Source of the DNA: an uncultured virus (IMG/VR IMGVR_UViG_2548877019_000001)
Taxonomy: Duplodnaviria; Heunggongvirae; Uroviricota; Caudoviricetes
Reading direction: 5' to 3' (one strand)
Virus record (IMG/VR): IMGVR_UViG_2548877019_000001
Span: 1-64,000 of that record
Length of the DNA stretch: 64,000 nucleotides
A program made the position numbers and the translations under genes. The notes under the pieces are model-generated. The model saw only the letters and a program-made list of their open reading frames with translations, was not told the DNA's origin and did no database searches. Every line of letters begins with the position of its first letter. The first letter of the stretch is position 1. This document shows positions 1-9,420 of the stretch, in pieces.

Positions 1-40
1 ATTTTGAGTCGTGCGCGTCTGCCAATTCCGCCACACCGGC
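1..40 (-). tRNA. tRNA-Leu(CAA), 5' half (cut by window edge); probable att site
   Basis: Reverse complement GCCGGTGTGGCGGAATTGGCAGACGCGCACGACTCAAAAT: acceptor 5' strand, Leu-type D arm, anticodon loop CTCAAAA (CAA at 6..4). Confidence 0.92.
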
Positions 41-180
41 ATGTGTGTTGGGCGATCGGACACTATACCGTTTCGTAAGATTCGGTGTATGTGCGTATGA
101 TTCGTTTGATATACGGTTATCGCGCGCCATATTAAGCGCTATGTCAATCGTACGCATCCGGATCGTCACCGACGAATACT

Positions 181-209
181 AATATATCACGGTATTTCGT
201 AGGTGTCAA
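181..209 (-). promoter_or_regulatory. sigmaA promoter reading toward the tRNA
   Basis: TTGACA(209-204)-17 bp-TATATT(186-181). Confidence 0.8.
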
Positions 210-352
210 TACGCACGACCAAATTTTTTGCGAAGTATTAAATTCGCGAATTATCAACGTTCTGTCTCCGTTATAGGTGCGTTTTTAAGTTTCGTAAAAT
301 AAAAATCGTACGCACTAATGCGTTTGGTCTTCGCAAATTGCGATGAGCAAAT

Positions 353-1171
353 CTATTCCGCTTGGAGGAACGATTCGAACTCCGCCAATAGCCCAACGTT
401 TTTAACGCGATTTTCACGGGCTTTTAGCGTCCATGCGGCCTGACGGAAGCTAGCGTATAGGTAGTCGTCAAAGCGTCTAATTTTCTGCTGTTTTCGTTTC
501 AGAATCGCTGCGTGCCACGCTTCAACGAATGGCTGCGGATGTTCTTCGAGTATCAGTGTCGGATCTACGCTTGCCTTAGCCCGCAATAAGATTCCGTAGT
601 ATTTATAAATTTCGTCTGCTTCGAAGTAGCGCGCCATTGCGGAGTAGATTTCGCTTGGTAACGCATTTTTAAGACCGCAGGCCGGCACCGTATCTATTAC
701 GTGATTTTTTGAAAGATTTATAGAATCCGATGGTTCATTCGTAATTTTAGGCGCTTCATCCGTTGGCTCCGTTGGCTTTTCGGCATCCTCACGCGTGGTC
801 ATTGTCGACTGGTCATCTTCGGACAGTTGCGTGTCCTCGACTCTTCTTCCGACCGGGAGAATGACGATAATATTTGCGCCGTGGCCACCGTTTATTTTCC
901 GAGTTGTTGCGATCTTCTGGATGATCGAAAGTGATGCGAGTTTGTTGACGGCACGACGCGCAGTCTTGACGGACTTACCGATTATGTCCGCGAGTGTTTC
1001 CGCTTTGAGATGCGCTGCGCCGGCGAACTTGACCGCATAGCGAGCGATCGTCTTCAGCGTGAGCCGGTCGGTGTCGTTTAGTTCGTATGTATTGCGCTTG
1101 ATGTGTTCGTAGACTGCCGCGTTGAGTTCGGCCGTCGAAGCGAACGTTTGGTGTTCCGCTAAATAATGCAT
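353..1171 (-). CDS. HTH-domain replication-initiator-like protein
   Basis: N-terminal winged-HTH (LKAETLADIIGKSVKTARRAVNKL), polar linker, helical C-domain; ATG 1171 follows AAAGGCGG. Confidence 0.65.
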   Translation of the reverse strand: MHYLAEHQTFASTAELNAAVYEHIKRNTYELNDTDRLTLKTIARYAVKFAGAAHLKAETLADIIGKSVKTARRAVNKLASLSIIQKIATTRKINGGHGANIIVILPVGRRVEDTQLSEDDQSTMTTREDAEKPTEPTDEAPKITNEPSDSINLSKNHVIDTVPACGLKNALPSEIYSAMARYFEADEIYKYYGILLRAKASVDPTLILEEHPQPFVEAWHAAILKRKQQKIRRFDDYLYASFRQAAWTLKARENRVKNVGLLAEFESFLQAE

Positions 1172-1207
1172 AACGATTCCGCCTTTACGTATCATTTGTT
1201 AATACGT

Positions 1208-1304
1208 ATTTTACGTTTATACGTAATACTAGTCAACGATTATTTTCGTTTTTGCGTAAATTTCTTTTTTACGTATTTACGAAAACACTTTCGTGCATTA
1301 TAAT
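1208..1304. promoter_or_regulatory. Divergent sigmaA promoters with TTTACG/TACGTA operator-like repeats
   Basis: Minus: TTGACT(1236-1231)-17-TAAAAT(1213-1208); plus: TTTACG(1276-1281)-17-TATAAT(1299-1304). Confidence 0.7.
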
Positions 1305-1330
1305 TAAATAAAACGATTGGAGGCAGAACG

Positions 1331-1546
1331 ATGAGACGAGTAGTTCTACGAATCGATAAGCTAATGGATCGCTACGGACTAAATCAGGGTGAATTCGCCG
1401 AAAAGGTCGGGATCAGACCAGCCGCAATTTCGCAACTTTCTCGAAACCATGTTGTCCGCGTTTCAATCGACCACTTAGAACGAATTGTAAATACGTTTGA
1501 GATTGATGATGTTCGGGAAATTATCGAAATAGAAAAGGACAGGTAA
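1331..1546 (+). CDS. XRE/Cro-type HTH transcriptional regulator
   Basis: LNQGEFAEKVGIRPAAISQL HTH; GGAGG RBS. Confidence 0.9.
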   Translation: MRRVVLRIDKLMDRYGLNQGEFAEKVGIRPAAISQLSRNHVVRVSIDHLERIVNTFEIDDVREIIEIEKDR

Positions 1547-1609
1547 ACAGTAACACTTGCATTCGAATTTAATGTATACTAATAGTAATAAATTACTAAG
1601 GAGAATTTC

Positions 1610-3124
1610 ATGAATCATAATTTTATACTTATTGATTTCTTAGACGAAGTTAGATCCGGAATGGCTCTCGCAACCGAAAGACGTGCTAATATGGTTGCTA
1701 CAGAGCGGGGAGAAGTCTCGTTTCTAACTCTTAATTTTCAAAATAACCACGAACACATTATCTCTAGGATGAAAGAAAGAGGGAGACTCGCGGAGAATAT
1801 CGAGGTATACAATTTTCACGAGCACTTCTACAACTTACCTGAGCGCATCTCTAATAAGGATAAATCTCCTGAGCTTGGGTTGGTCGAGGATGGGCTTTCT
1901 CACTATATAGATGAACGCCCTAATACAAATGGCTACAGGTACTATGATAAGGACGGGAACTATGTAAAGTACAAACTATTCGACGAAGAAATGAGACTTA
2001 AGTTCATTGATTATCGTGACCTTAATCTCCAACGTACCCATAGAGTTGAGTATGATCTTAACGGCAGAAAGAGACGTGAGATTAGATACAACCTTCAGAA
2101 CAACAAACCTGCGTTTGAAAAATATTATGATATTAATGAGGAATGTTATTTATCTGTTTGGGTAAATTCTTCAGGGAAGAGAACGAAGTGTGTTATTCAC
2201 GCTGGAATTAACAAAGCATTTAATCATATAACTGATGCGCACGTCTATTGGGTTGAGTCTGTTCTAAAAGATTACACGAATCCGTTTTTAATGCTTGATG
2301 AATTGGGATTACTAGATGTTTTCCGTAAGGTGAGCAACGATTGTTATAAAATCGTAACCTTGCATAATACGCATCTTGATAAGCCACACGTTAAAGGATC
2401 TCCATATAGGCGCGTGTATAAAGAGATATTTGATCACAGGGATGAATTCGATGCGATTGTTTTCTTAACTGAAGAACAAAAAAGGGATGTCGAGGAAGAC
2501 TACGGTAAGGATAAACGATTTGTTGTAGTTCCTCATGCGGTCACATTGGACAAAGATGAAATACTAGATGAATCAATTGAGCGAAATCCTAAATCAGCCA
2601 TAACACTAGCTCGCTTGGAGGACAGCAAAAATATCGCGGACGGAATTCGAGCTTTCCGTATTGTAGTCGATACTATTAAAGAAGCCGAGTATCACATCTT
2701 TGGTTATGGAAAAGAGAAAGAAAATTTACAAGCGTTAATAAAGGAGTTAAAACTCGAAAACAATGTTTATATTCACGGGTTCACCCATAACGTTAATAGA
2801 GAAATCCAAAAACATGGATTGTCTATTATGACGTCCCGTTTTGAAGGCTTTTGTCTAGTGATCATGGAGAGTCTAGCCAACCAAACGCCAGTAGTTAGTT
2901 ACCGGACGAAGTACGGACCGGAAACACTTATCAGAGACGGAAAAGACGGATACCTAACAGAATACAATAACTACGAAGAAGTTGCGGAAAAAGTAATTGA
3001 ATTAATGTTGGACAGCAAGAAACAGAAAAAGTTCGCGAAAAATTCATTGGATGTGTACAAGCGGTTTAGTTATGCTCGTTATAAGAAGAATTGGTTAGGC
3101 CTGTTTAAACAACTTTCGAAGTAA
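1610..3124 (+). CDS. GT4 (GT-B) glycosyltransferase, TarM/TagE/GtfA-like; probable wall-teichoic-acid glycosyltransferase (moron)
   Basis: ARLEDSKN, SRFEGFCLVIMES and YGPETLIRDGKDGYL motifs; N-terminal beta-rich insertion; AT-rich and opposite to the late genes. Confidence 0.85.
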   Translation: MNHNFILIDFLDEVRSGMALATERRANMVATERGEVSFLTLNFQNNHEHIISRMKERGRLAENIEVYNFHEHFYNLPERISNKDKSPELGLVEDGLSHYIDERPNTNGYRYYDKDGNYVKYKLFDEEMRLKFIDYRDLNLQRTHRVEYDLNGRKRREIRYNLQNNKPAFEKYYDINEECYLSVWVNSSGKRTKCVIHAGINKAFNHITDAHVYWVESVLKDYTNPFLMLDELGLLDVFRKVSNDCYKIVTLHNTHLDKPHVKGSPYRRVYKEIFDHRDEFDAIVFLTEEQKRDVEEDYGKDKRFVVVPHAVTLDKDEILDESIERNPKSAITLARLEDSKNIADGIRAFRIVVDTIKEAEYHIFGYGKEKENLQALIKELKLENNVYIHGFTHNVNREIQKHGLSIMTSRFEGFCLVIMESLANQTPVVSYRTKYGPETLIRDGKDGYLTEYNNYEEVAEKVIELMLDSKKQKKFAKNSLDVYKRFSYARYKKNWLGLFKQLSK

Positions 3125-3144
3125 CAACGCGAGGAGAGAATAAA

Positions 3145-3411
3145 ATGTCTATTATTAAACAAAAATACAGTGATGTAATCGTAGTTCCGTCTGGTAGCGA
3201 ATTAGTTTCTCTACAAAGCGAGAGAGACGAACTATACCTTTATTTCAACACCACAGAAAATCATAGCTCTGATGTCTATAACATTAAATTGTATGGTGAA
3301 ACAGAGAAAGAAAGCGTTCTTGGGTCACCTTCGTATAAAGGAAGTATTCTGCATAAGGATGAAATGGTGTATGTAGCAGCCGATAAAATCGGCGAAAATG
3401 AGATATATTAA
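3145..3411 (+). CDS. Hypothetical protein co-transcribed with the glycosyltransferase
   Basis: GAGGAG RBS, 88 aa ORF before a terminator. Confidence 0.7.
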   Translation: MSIIKQKYSDVIVVPSGSELVSLQSERDELYLYFNTTENHSSDVYNIKLYGETEKESVLGSPSYKGSILHKDEMVYVAADKIGENEIY

Positions 3412-3417
3412 AGAAAG

Positions 3418-3450
3418 AAAAAAACTCTACCGGATAAGGGTAGAGTTTTT
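3418..3450. terminator. Bidirectional intrinsic terminator
   Basis: AAAAACTCTACC-ggataag-GGTAGAGTTTTT between convergent genes. Confidence 0.85.
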
Positions 3451-3766
3451 ATTTATCCTTTATCCAGTCTATCGCTATGTTTTGTTTACATTTTCGACAG
3501 CTTGCGTTATGTTTTCCGTATAGAATAATATTCTTTTTGAATCCGCAACGAGGGCATTCGAACTGCTCACTGCCCGTAAATGCTCCGACTAAGAAGAGGA
3601 GTCCGATGCCGCCTAAACCTATTCCTGGCAGTATACCGATAATAGTAACGAACAATATTATGCTGATCAACAACAAGAACAATCCAATTAGGCCTGAAAG
3701 AACGCGAGGAATTATACGCCCAACCGACATCCGCCTCTTCAGTACTTCTACACGTACGAAATCCAT
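3449..3766 (-). CDS. Membrane protein with C-terminal zinc ribbon
   Basis: Two hydrophobic segments, CPRC and CRKC; GGAGG RBS, upstream TATAAT. Confidence 0.75.
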   Translation of the reverse strand: MDFVRVEVLKRRMSVGRIIPRVLSGLIGLFLLLISIILFVTIIGILPGIGLGGIGLLFLVGAFTGSEQFECPRCGFKKNIILYGKHNASCRKCKQNIAIDWIKDK

Positions 3767-3857
3767 TCGATCAACCTCCGTTATTTATATTATAGCTGAT
3801 TTATGTATACGAGCACCTACGAATTTATACGCAGGCGCCCGCCAAAAGTTCCGCTAT

Positions 3858-4088
3858 CTATTCGCCTTTTGTCCGCGCTTTCTTCGTCACGTCGTTATTT
3901 TTCCAGTACGCCCACAGCGAAGTTACGCCCATGAACGCGAGCGAAATAAATTGCTGCACGCCTTCTTCATCGACCGGAATCGGACTGTGCCCCGTCATCG
4001 TAAGCGCCTGGTTCACGAGTGCTAGCGCAAGTAGTACGAACCGGGCGACTGTGCCCGCGCTAATATTTTCGATTGTCTTTACGTTCAT
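3858..4088 (-). CDS. Phage holin, SPP1/XhlB family
   Basis: ARFVLLALALVNQ...WAYWKNNDVT signature. Confidence 0.9.
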   Translation of the reverse strand: MNVKTIENISAGTVARFVLLALALVNQALTMTGHSPIPVDEEGVQQFISLAFMGVTSLWAYWKNNDVTKKARTKGE

Positions 4089-4108
4089 AATATCGTCTCC
4101 CTTTTCGA

Positions 4109-5089
4109 TTAGTTTACGGAATAGCCGGCTTTTTTCAGCGCAGCAGCGAGTTTAGCTTTCGTATTAGGTCCGTAAATCCCGTCCTGGCTCAATCCGTGCA
4201 TCGATTGGAACCGTTTGACCGCGTTCGCCGTTTTCGAACCGTAATAGCCGTCGATTCCGTTGTTCTTTGCACCTTTGTCCGGGTAGAAGTAAACGGCAGC
4301 AAGCGCGGTCTGAACTTGCGTTACCTTCGTCCCTTTCGTCAGTGGGTTCGTTACTTTAAGGACTCCGCCCGGCAGTGTGAACGTCTTTTTAGAAGATCCG
4401 GATGGTTTCGGAGCCGCAGCCGGTTTAGACGTCCCTGTAATCTTCAGCACCTGACCAACGGAAATTTTATTCGGATCTTTAATGTTGTTCCAGCTCTGAA
4501 GGTTCGCCACGCTTACTCCATTCGCTTTAGCAATAGCGGAAAGCGTATCGCCTTTCTTAACGGTATAAGTCGTGCCGGATGGTTTAGACGCTTGACCGCC
4601 GAGAGCTTTCAATTCCGTAGCGATGGCCGCTTTCACCGCATCCCAACGCCCCTCATCGAGTACACGGTGCGGGCAGTATTTTCCGCTCCAATCCTGGTGT
4701 TTTTTAACGCGATCAACGCCCCAACCGCGCTCTTTTAAAAGCTGAGCGATGAATTTAATCGCAAGTTTTTCGGCCGCTTTATACTTAGCGCCGCCTGATT
4801 TCGAATAGCAAACCTCGACGCCGATAGATGAACGGTTGCCTGGTCCGTTGCCGTCTCCGCAATGCCATGCGTTACGGTTTGTCGGAATCCCCTGAACGAC
4901 CTCTTTATCGTCTACCGCAAAGTGATACGATACTTGGTTGTTATTGCGGATCATGTACGCAATTTCATTCGCTGCTGAAGCGTCGTTCGCCGTATTGTGA
5001 AACGTAATGTACTTCGCATCCATTGAATACGGACACTTAACGTGATATTTGCTTGATGCGACGAGGTTTTTCTTGACTGAAATCGCCAT
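4109..5089 (-). CDS. Endolysin: N-acetylmuramoyl-L-alanine amidase (XlyA/XlyB-like) with LysM and PG-binding domains
   Basis: [28 protein letters not shown]; Lys[30 protein letters not shown]. Confidence 0.95.
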   Translation of the reverse strand: MAISVKKNLVASSKYHVKCPYSMDAKYITFHNTANDASAANEIAYMIRNNNQVSYHFAVDDKEVVQGIPTNRNAWHCGDGNGPGNRSSIGVEVCYSKSGGAKYKAAEKLAIKFIAQLLKERGWGVDRVKKHQDWSGKYCPHRVLDEGRWDAVKAAIATELKALGGQASKPSGTTYTVKKGDTLSAIAKANGVSVANLQSWNNIKDPNKISVGQVLKITGTSKPAAAPKPSGSSKKTFTLPGGVLKVTNPLTKGTKVTQVQTALAAVYFYPDKGAKNNGIDGYYGSKTANAVKRFQSMHGLSQDGIYGPNTKAKLAAALKKAGYSVN

Positions 5090-5125
5090 CTAATCGTCTC
5101 CCTTTTCGTTAATTTTGCGTATATA

Positions 5126-5157
5126 AAAAGCCCGCCGGACTCTCGCCGAACGGGCGC
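5126..5157 (-). terminator. Terminator-like hairpin between bhlA-like gene and endolysin
   Basis: Minus strand GCCCGTTCGG...CCGGCGGGC followed by TTTTT. Confidence 0.55.
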
Positions 5158-5158
5158 G

Positions 5159-5362
5159 TTATTCTCTTCCGCGAAATTTCTCTTCGAGTCTATCGAGCTT
5201 GTCGATAATGACGTCGTATTTATCGCTGAATTTATCGAGTAGATCCTGTAGCCGCGATTCACGTTCACGATTCGATTTCATTACGTAAATCAGCAACCAC
5301 GTAAAAAGGACCGCGAACGGCCCTTGCGTAAGAAAATATTTGATTACGTCGAGCTCGCCCAA
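5159..5362 (-). CDS. BhlA/UviB-family holin-like protein
   Basis: TQGPFAVLFTWLLIYVMKSNRERESRL signature. Confidence 0.9.
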   Translation of the reverse strand: MGELDVIKYFLTQGPFAVLFTWLLIYVMKSNRERESRLQDLLDKFSDKYDVIIDKLDRLEEKFRGRE

Positions 5363-5365
5363 TGA

Positions 5366-5560
5366 CTACGCCTCCTGTTCGCTATTAGTTACGTTTTCGT
5401 CTTCGTTTGGCGGCGAATCAGGATCGTAAGGATCTCCGGTAATTTCCTCGTATTGTTCCGGCGTGATCCGTCCGGCAGCCACAACGTCATGCACTTGCTT
5501 TTTCGTCCAAAGACCGTCTTCGTAGAATCCTTTAATATACGTGTACCAATCGATTGGCAT
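5366..5560 (-). CDS. XkdX-family protein
   Basis: WYTYIKGFY...GRITPEQYEEITG motif. Confidence 0.85.
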   Translation of the reverse strand: MPIDWYTYIKGFYEDGLWTKKQVHDVVAAGRITPEQYEEITGDPYDPDSPPNEDENVTNSEQEA

Positions 5561-5857
5561 TTACGAACCTCCTAACGCGATTAAGTAGTATAAATCCGCC
5601 ACTTGTTTCCGGAGAACCTCGGTTTCTGACGGTCCGGGATCAGGCTCCGGAGGCTGCAAGCTTTCAATATACTCTTTTGTAGCCGATTCCTTCCACACCT
5701 TTTCGTCCGGATAAAACTTCGGAAGATATAAACCAGGGTCAAAAGGAATGTCTGTCCATCCATCCGGAATTTCATAGTTCCCTTGATCATCAGGCTGAAT
5801 GATATCATTATCAATCAACAAGAACGTCTCTTTGTCATATTTAAAAATGTTTTTCAT
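5561..5857 (-). CDS. Tail-fibre-associated small protein
   Basis: Between fibre and xkdX; WTDIPF..GLYLPKF..WKE motif typical of Bacillus phage fibre chaperones. Confidence 0.65.
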   Translation of the reverse strand: MKNIFKYDKETFLLIDNDIIQPDDQGNYEIPDGWTDIPFDPGLYLPKFYPDEKVWKESATKEYIESLQPPEPDPGPSETEVLRKQVADLYYLIALGGS

Positions 5858-5869
5858 GACTTATCTCTC

Positions 5870-7309
5870 CTACAGGGGAATAATTTCGTCCAAACCATAA
5901 GAAGTTATGTTCTCGGATTTATCAGCGATTTGCCCCTCCAACCTCATATTTCCGTTTGTTTCGATATACAATTTAGTCATCCCTGTTGTACCGAATATAG
6001 GAACAAGTCTACTGCGGAGCTGGTCGGGTCTATAAGAAGCTGGTAGCGTCCCAAAAATCACGCCTCTATCGGCGATAATCTCGCCTTTTAAACACAGAAA
6101 ACCGCCAACCACCGCACACATAACTTTTCTAGCCCCATGTTTCGCGCCGTTTTTTAAAGGAACTTCAGTCCAGACGGGTTCAAAGTCAGTGGAAGTTAAT
6201 ATTCTTTTCCAACCCCTAAAGTCACCATTTGTATGAATGGTCGCGAACCACATCTTATTGTTGTAACTTGCTGTGGCTATAATTGTTTTTCTTCCAGAGT
6301 TTCCATCCATAATGTCATAATTGAACCATCCAACATCATTAGGGTCGGGGTTATTAAGCAGTCTATTATTGATACCGTAATAAAAACCAGGCGGCAAAGT
6401 TAATAAATCAGTACCATCAGGAATAAGGATTCGCACACCATTATCTTGTGTCAATTTATACAGTTGCCCCTTATTCCACTTAGTCCGCTCATCAGCGGTA
6501 ATATGGCGCACATTATCCGCAGTATGTGCATCAAAATCCGTTTTCGCTGCCTGTTTTACGTTGTCAACGTTAGCCAATCCAACTTGAGCCTTCGTTACAG
6601 CGTGAGGGTTGCTCTTATTATTAGCGTGGCTATCAAACTCTGTTTTCGATGCTTGCTTGACGTTATCGACGTTGGACAGGCCGACTTGAGCTTTTGTTAC
6701 CTTGTGCGGATTGTTCGTCTTGGCTGCGTGTGCATCCGTATAGGCCTTTGCATGAGCTTCCGCAGCATCTGCCTTTTCCTGCGCGCCCTCTTTCGTCTCA
6801 ATCCGTCCGAGGTCCGAGAACTTCGCTTTTAACTCGTCAAGCATTACTGTTTCTTCGTCATACATCGCTATGATTAACGCCTTTAACGATTCGAAATCAT
6901 CGACGTAATATTCCGCAAGAGGTGCGATATTCTGGTCCGCAAGACTTTGCGATACCTCAAAGCCGAATTTATGCGCAGAGAGTGATTGGCCGTTCGTGTA
7001 TTTCAAAATTAGCTGGCAGTCGAATTTACCGTACATTTTGATTTCGTCCTCATCCAATACGTACTCTGCGACACCATTCAACGGATCGACTATCGTGACG
7101 TCCCGTATTCTTTGCTTGCCGCTTGGCGGAACGAGGATTACTTTCCCGGTCACAGCTGATAGGGGCAAAGGGATGCCGTCCTTGCGTAAATAAAATATCA
7201 ACTTTGCCGTATTAATATCTTGCGTCGAAAATATAAAAGCTGAATTATAATTTCCTTCTGTTATCGGGTTTATATCAAACGTGTAAGAGCCGGTTTTATA
7301 AATAGCCAA
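5870..7309 (-). CDS. BppU-family baseplate upper/tail fibre protein
   Basis: N-terminal FSTQDINTAKLIF BppU domain; two NPH.VTKAQVGL.NVDNVKQA repeats; C-terminal RBP-like head (GTLPASYRP). Confidence 0.85.
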   Translation of the reverse strand: MAIYKTGSYTFDINPITEGNYNSAFIFSTQDINTAKLIFYLRKDGIPLPLSAVTGKVILVPPSGKQRIRDVTIVDPLNGVAEYVLDEDEIKMYGKFDCQLILKYTNGQSLSAHKFGFEVSQSLADQNIAPLAEYYVDDFESLKALIIAMYDEETVMLDELKAKFSDLGRIETKEGAQEKADAAEAHAKAYTDAHAAKTNNPHKVTKAQVGLSNVDNVKQASKTEFDSHANNKSNPHAVTKAQVGLANVDNVKQAAKTDFDAHTADNVRHITADERTKWNKGQLYKLTQDNGVRILIPDGTDLLTLPPGFYYGINNRLLNNPDPNDVGWFNYDIMDGNSGRKTIIATASYNNKMWFATIHTNGDFRGWKRILTSTDFEPVWTEVPLKNGAKHGARKVMCAVVGGFLCLKGEIIADRGVIFGTLPASYRPDQLRSRLVPIFGTTGMTKLYIETNGNMRLEGQIADKSENITSYGLDEIIPL

Positions 7310-7329
7310 CAGTATTACCTCCCTTTCTT

Positions 7330-9378
7330 TTAGTATGTTGGAGTTTCAGGTAGCTCCGCATCGTACCCGTAATTCCCGTCAGATCTTTGTGTAACTGTTG
7401 GCGCTTTACGCATTGTAGGTCTGAGATCAACTTGCTTAACGGTATTTGTGCTGTATATCTGATAATATCTCTGGCATTCAGCTATTTCTTCAGTCAACGG
7501 TCTTGCGACATACGGCGTAGCAAGCCTTCCTTTTTCTAATTTGACTAGGTAAAATTCTACCCATTCGCCGGGAGCCAAACTATCATAGGAAGAACTGTTT
7601 GTTGTGTCGACATCTATTTGAACTTCAACGTAGTCTTCTTCCTTAAATTTATAAGCTGACATATCAGGCATCTTTATGTTCAATACAAAGAATGTGAGCC
7701 TGGTTGTTACTTGACAAGAACGGATTGCAAGATTGTCGTGTTTTCCATCATGTGTCATATCAAGATGAAGTTTCATTCTGTGAGAGGATTTATTGGTCCT
7801 CGCCCATAAAGCTAAAGTATAATCTTCGCCGCTTTTAAACTGAGTTGGATTTTCGATCCGTTGAATTAGATCAGTACGCGACATATTCGAAACATTTTTC
7901 AATTTCGTTATTCTCAACCCGTACTTATTTGAGAATGGCGCACTCATCGGCTTTTTCACTCTCTCGGTCCGATTGATCCCACTCTCATTTGTACCAACAG
8001 CATTAACGAGCCACCTGTCAGCAGTGAATACACCATCATCAGTAAAACTAGTTCCACGCTGCCATACGTCGAAGGCTCCGTTAGTTACGAAGTTCCTGTT
8101 CGGCATATGCAATGCGACTTTATCGTACGTTATATCTGTGATATTCGGCCGCGGTCGCGGAGCAGTCTCGATTAGCTTTCCGTCTTGCGCTCCAGCTAAC
8201 GTCACAAATACCAGTTCCCTACCGCTTCTTTCAACCGCTATTTGCATCAGAGCCGGAATAACGTATCCATCATAATTAAACATACAAACACCCTCATTTT
8301 CGAAGGCGTAATTGACTCTGTCAAAATCGTAGTTCTGCTCAATTAAGTCAGCGAATGACTCTTTCGAGAATGAATACGACTTAGCAATGCTTCCGTCTAG
8401 ATTAAGAACGGTAATCGCAGGGTAATCTTTTCCTTGTCCTAAGACAATTTTATTATCATGGAAAGTAATCCCTTGTACCTTTTCAAACATAATCTCTTGG
8501 TTGTTTACTGAGACCTCCATCAGCAATCTAGGACTTCCTGCGATAATACTTTGAAAATCATAAATGTATATCCGGTCCATTCTCTCATTCGTTGAGTTTC
8601 CGGAAACGAAGTATTTTTTATCGATATCATTTCCCGTCTTATATGATCCGAGAACTTCCATCGTTTCTTCTATTTCCCCAGTGGTATAGTTAAAGATAGA
8701 AAGCTCATTTTCAAACTGCTGCCTCACAAGAAAGCACAATTCCCCTTCTGAGTTCTTAAACCAAGGAATACCCTCGTTATACGTTGAACTTGTGATCGTA
8801 AATTGTTGGGAATCCTTCAGAGCTGATGTAGATAGTTCATAGCGCGAAATGATACAAACACTACCACCGTTTTCTTGCCTTGCAATATACAACTCATCGT
8901 CTTCTTGATTTATAGAAATGGCTTGTGGGAATGGCAGAGAGTTATCCCTGGCCAAAACAGAGAATATAATTTTTTGATAATTAAGGTACTCCTCGAACTT
9001 TCGATCTCTTTTTACTTGCTCCCCATAAAGGTTATCAATTCTACTTTCTGTATTGAATAATCGATCGTTGGCTGTATCGAAAACTTCCCCTTTATTATTC
9101 ACTCGGAGGTCTACAACCTCTTTTATATTTGTTCCGTCCGCGTTTAAAATTAGGTTATTGATCCGTTTTTTCGTTTTCTCAATCTCATCTGAGACTGTTA
9201 ACCCGTCAAGGTGGCTTATTTGATCGGACGTATGGGATGCCTGACCTTTAATATGAGATTTTAATCCATTGTATGATCTACTAATGTCTTCCGCAATATC
9301 CACTAGATTGTCATTGTAGCTGTTTCTAAAATCACGATCGAAAGCATTGCCTGCTTTTTTATAAGGGTAATTCGGCAT
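7330..9378 (-). CDS. Receptor-binding tail protein (coiled stem, beta-propeller-like region, CBM-like C-terminus)
   Basis: N-terminal EVVDLRV stem motif of Firmicute phage RBPs; PQAISIN/VQGITF/ENEG blade-like motifs; RNFVTNGAFDVWQRG domain. Confidence 0.7.
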   Translation of the reverse strand: MPNYPYKKAGNAFDRDFRNSYNDNLVDIAEDISRSYNGLKSHIKGQASHTSDQISHLDGLTVSDEIEKTKKRINNLILNADGTNIKEVVDLRVNNKGEVFDTANDRLFNTESRIDNLYGEQVKRDRKFEEYLNYQKIIFSVLARDNSLPFPQAISINQEDDELYIARQENGGSVCIISRYELSTSALKDSQQFTITSSTYNEGIPWFKNSEGELCFLVRQQFENELSIFNYTTGEIEETMEVLGSYKTGNDIDKKYFVSGNSTNERMDRIYIYDFQSIIAGSPRLLMEVSVNNQEIMFEKVQGITFHDNKIVLGQGKDYPAITVLNLDGSIAKSYSFSKESFADLIEQNYDFDRVNYAFENEGVCMFNYDGYVIPALMQIAVERSGRELVFVTLAGAQDGKLIETAPRPRPNITDITYDKVALHMPNRNFVTNGAFDVWQRGTSFTDDGVFTADRWLVNAVGTNESGINRTERVKKPMSAPFSNKYGLRITKLKNVSNMSRTDLIQRIENPTQFKSGEDYTLALWARTNKSSHRMKLHLDMTHDGKHDNLAIRSCQVTTRLTFFVLNIKMPDMSAYKFKEEDYVEVQIDVDTTNSSSYDSLAPGEWVEFYLVKLEKGRLATPYVARPLTEEIAECQRYYQIYSTNTVKQVDLRPTMRKAPTVTQRSDGNYGYDAELPETPTY

Positions 9379-9420
9379 CTGTCTCCTCCTTTGCTATTTT
9401 CACCCTGGTATGACTGCCTA

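Noticed and set aside
1..1200. Integrase next to the tRNA
   Set aside because: The adjacent ORF lacks tyrosine or serine recombinase motifs; the integrase is presumably at the other prophage end outside the window
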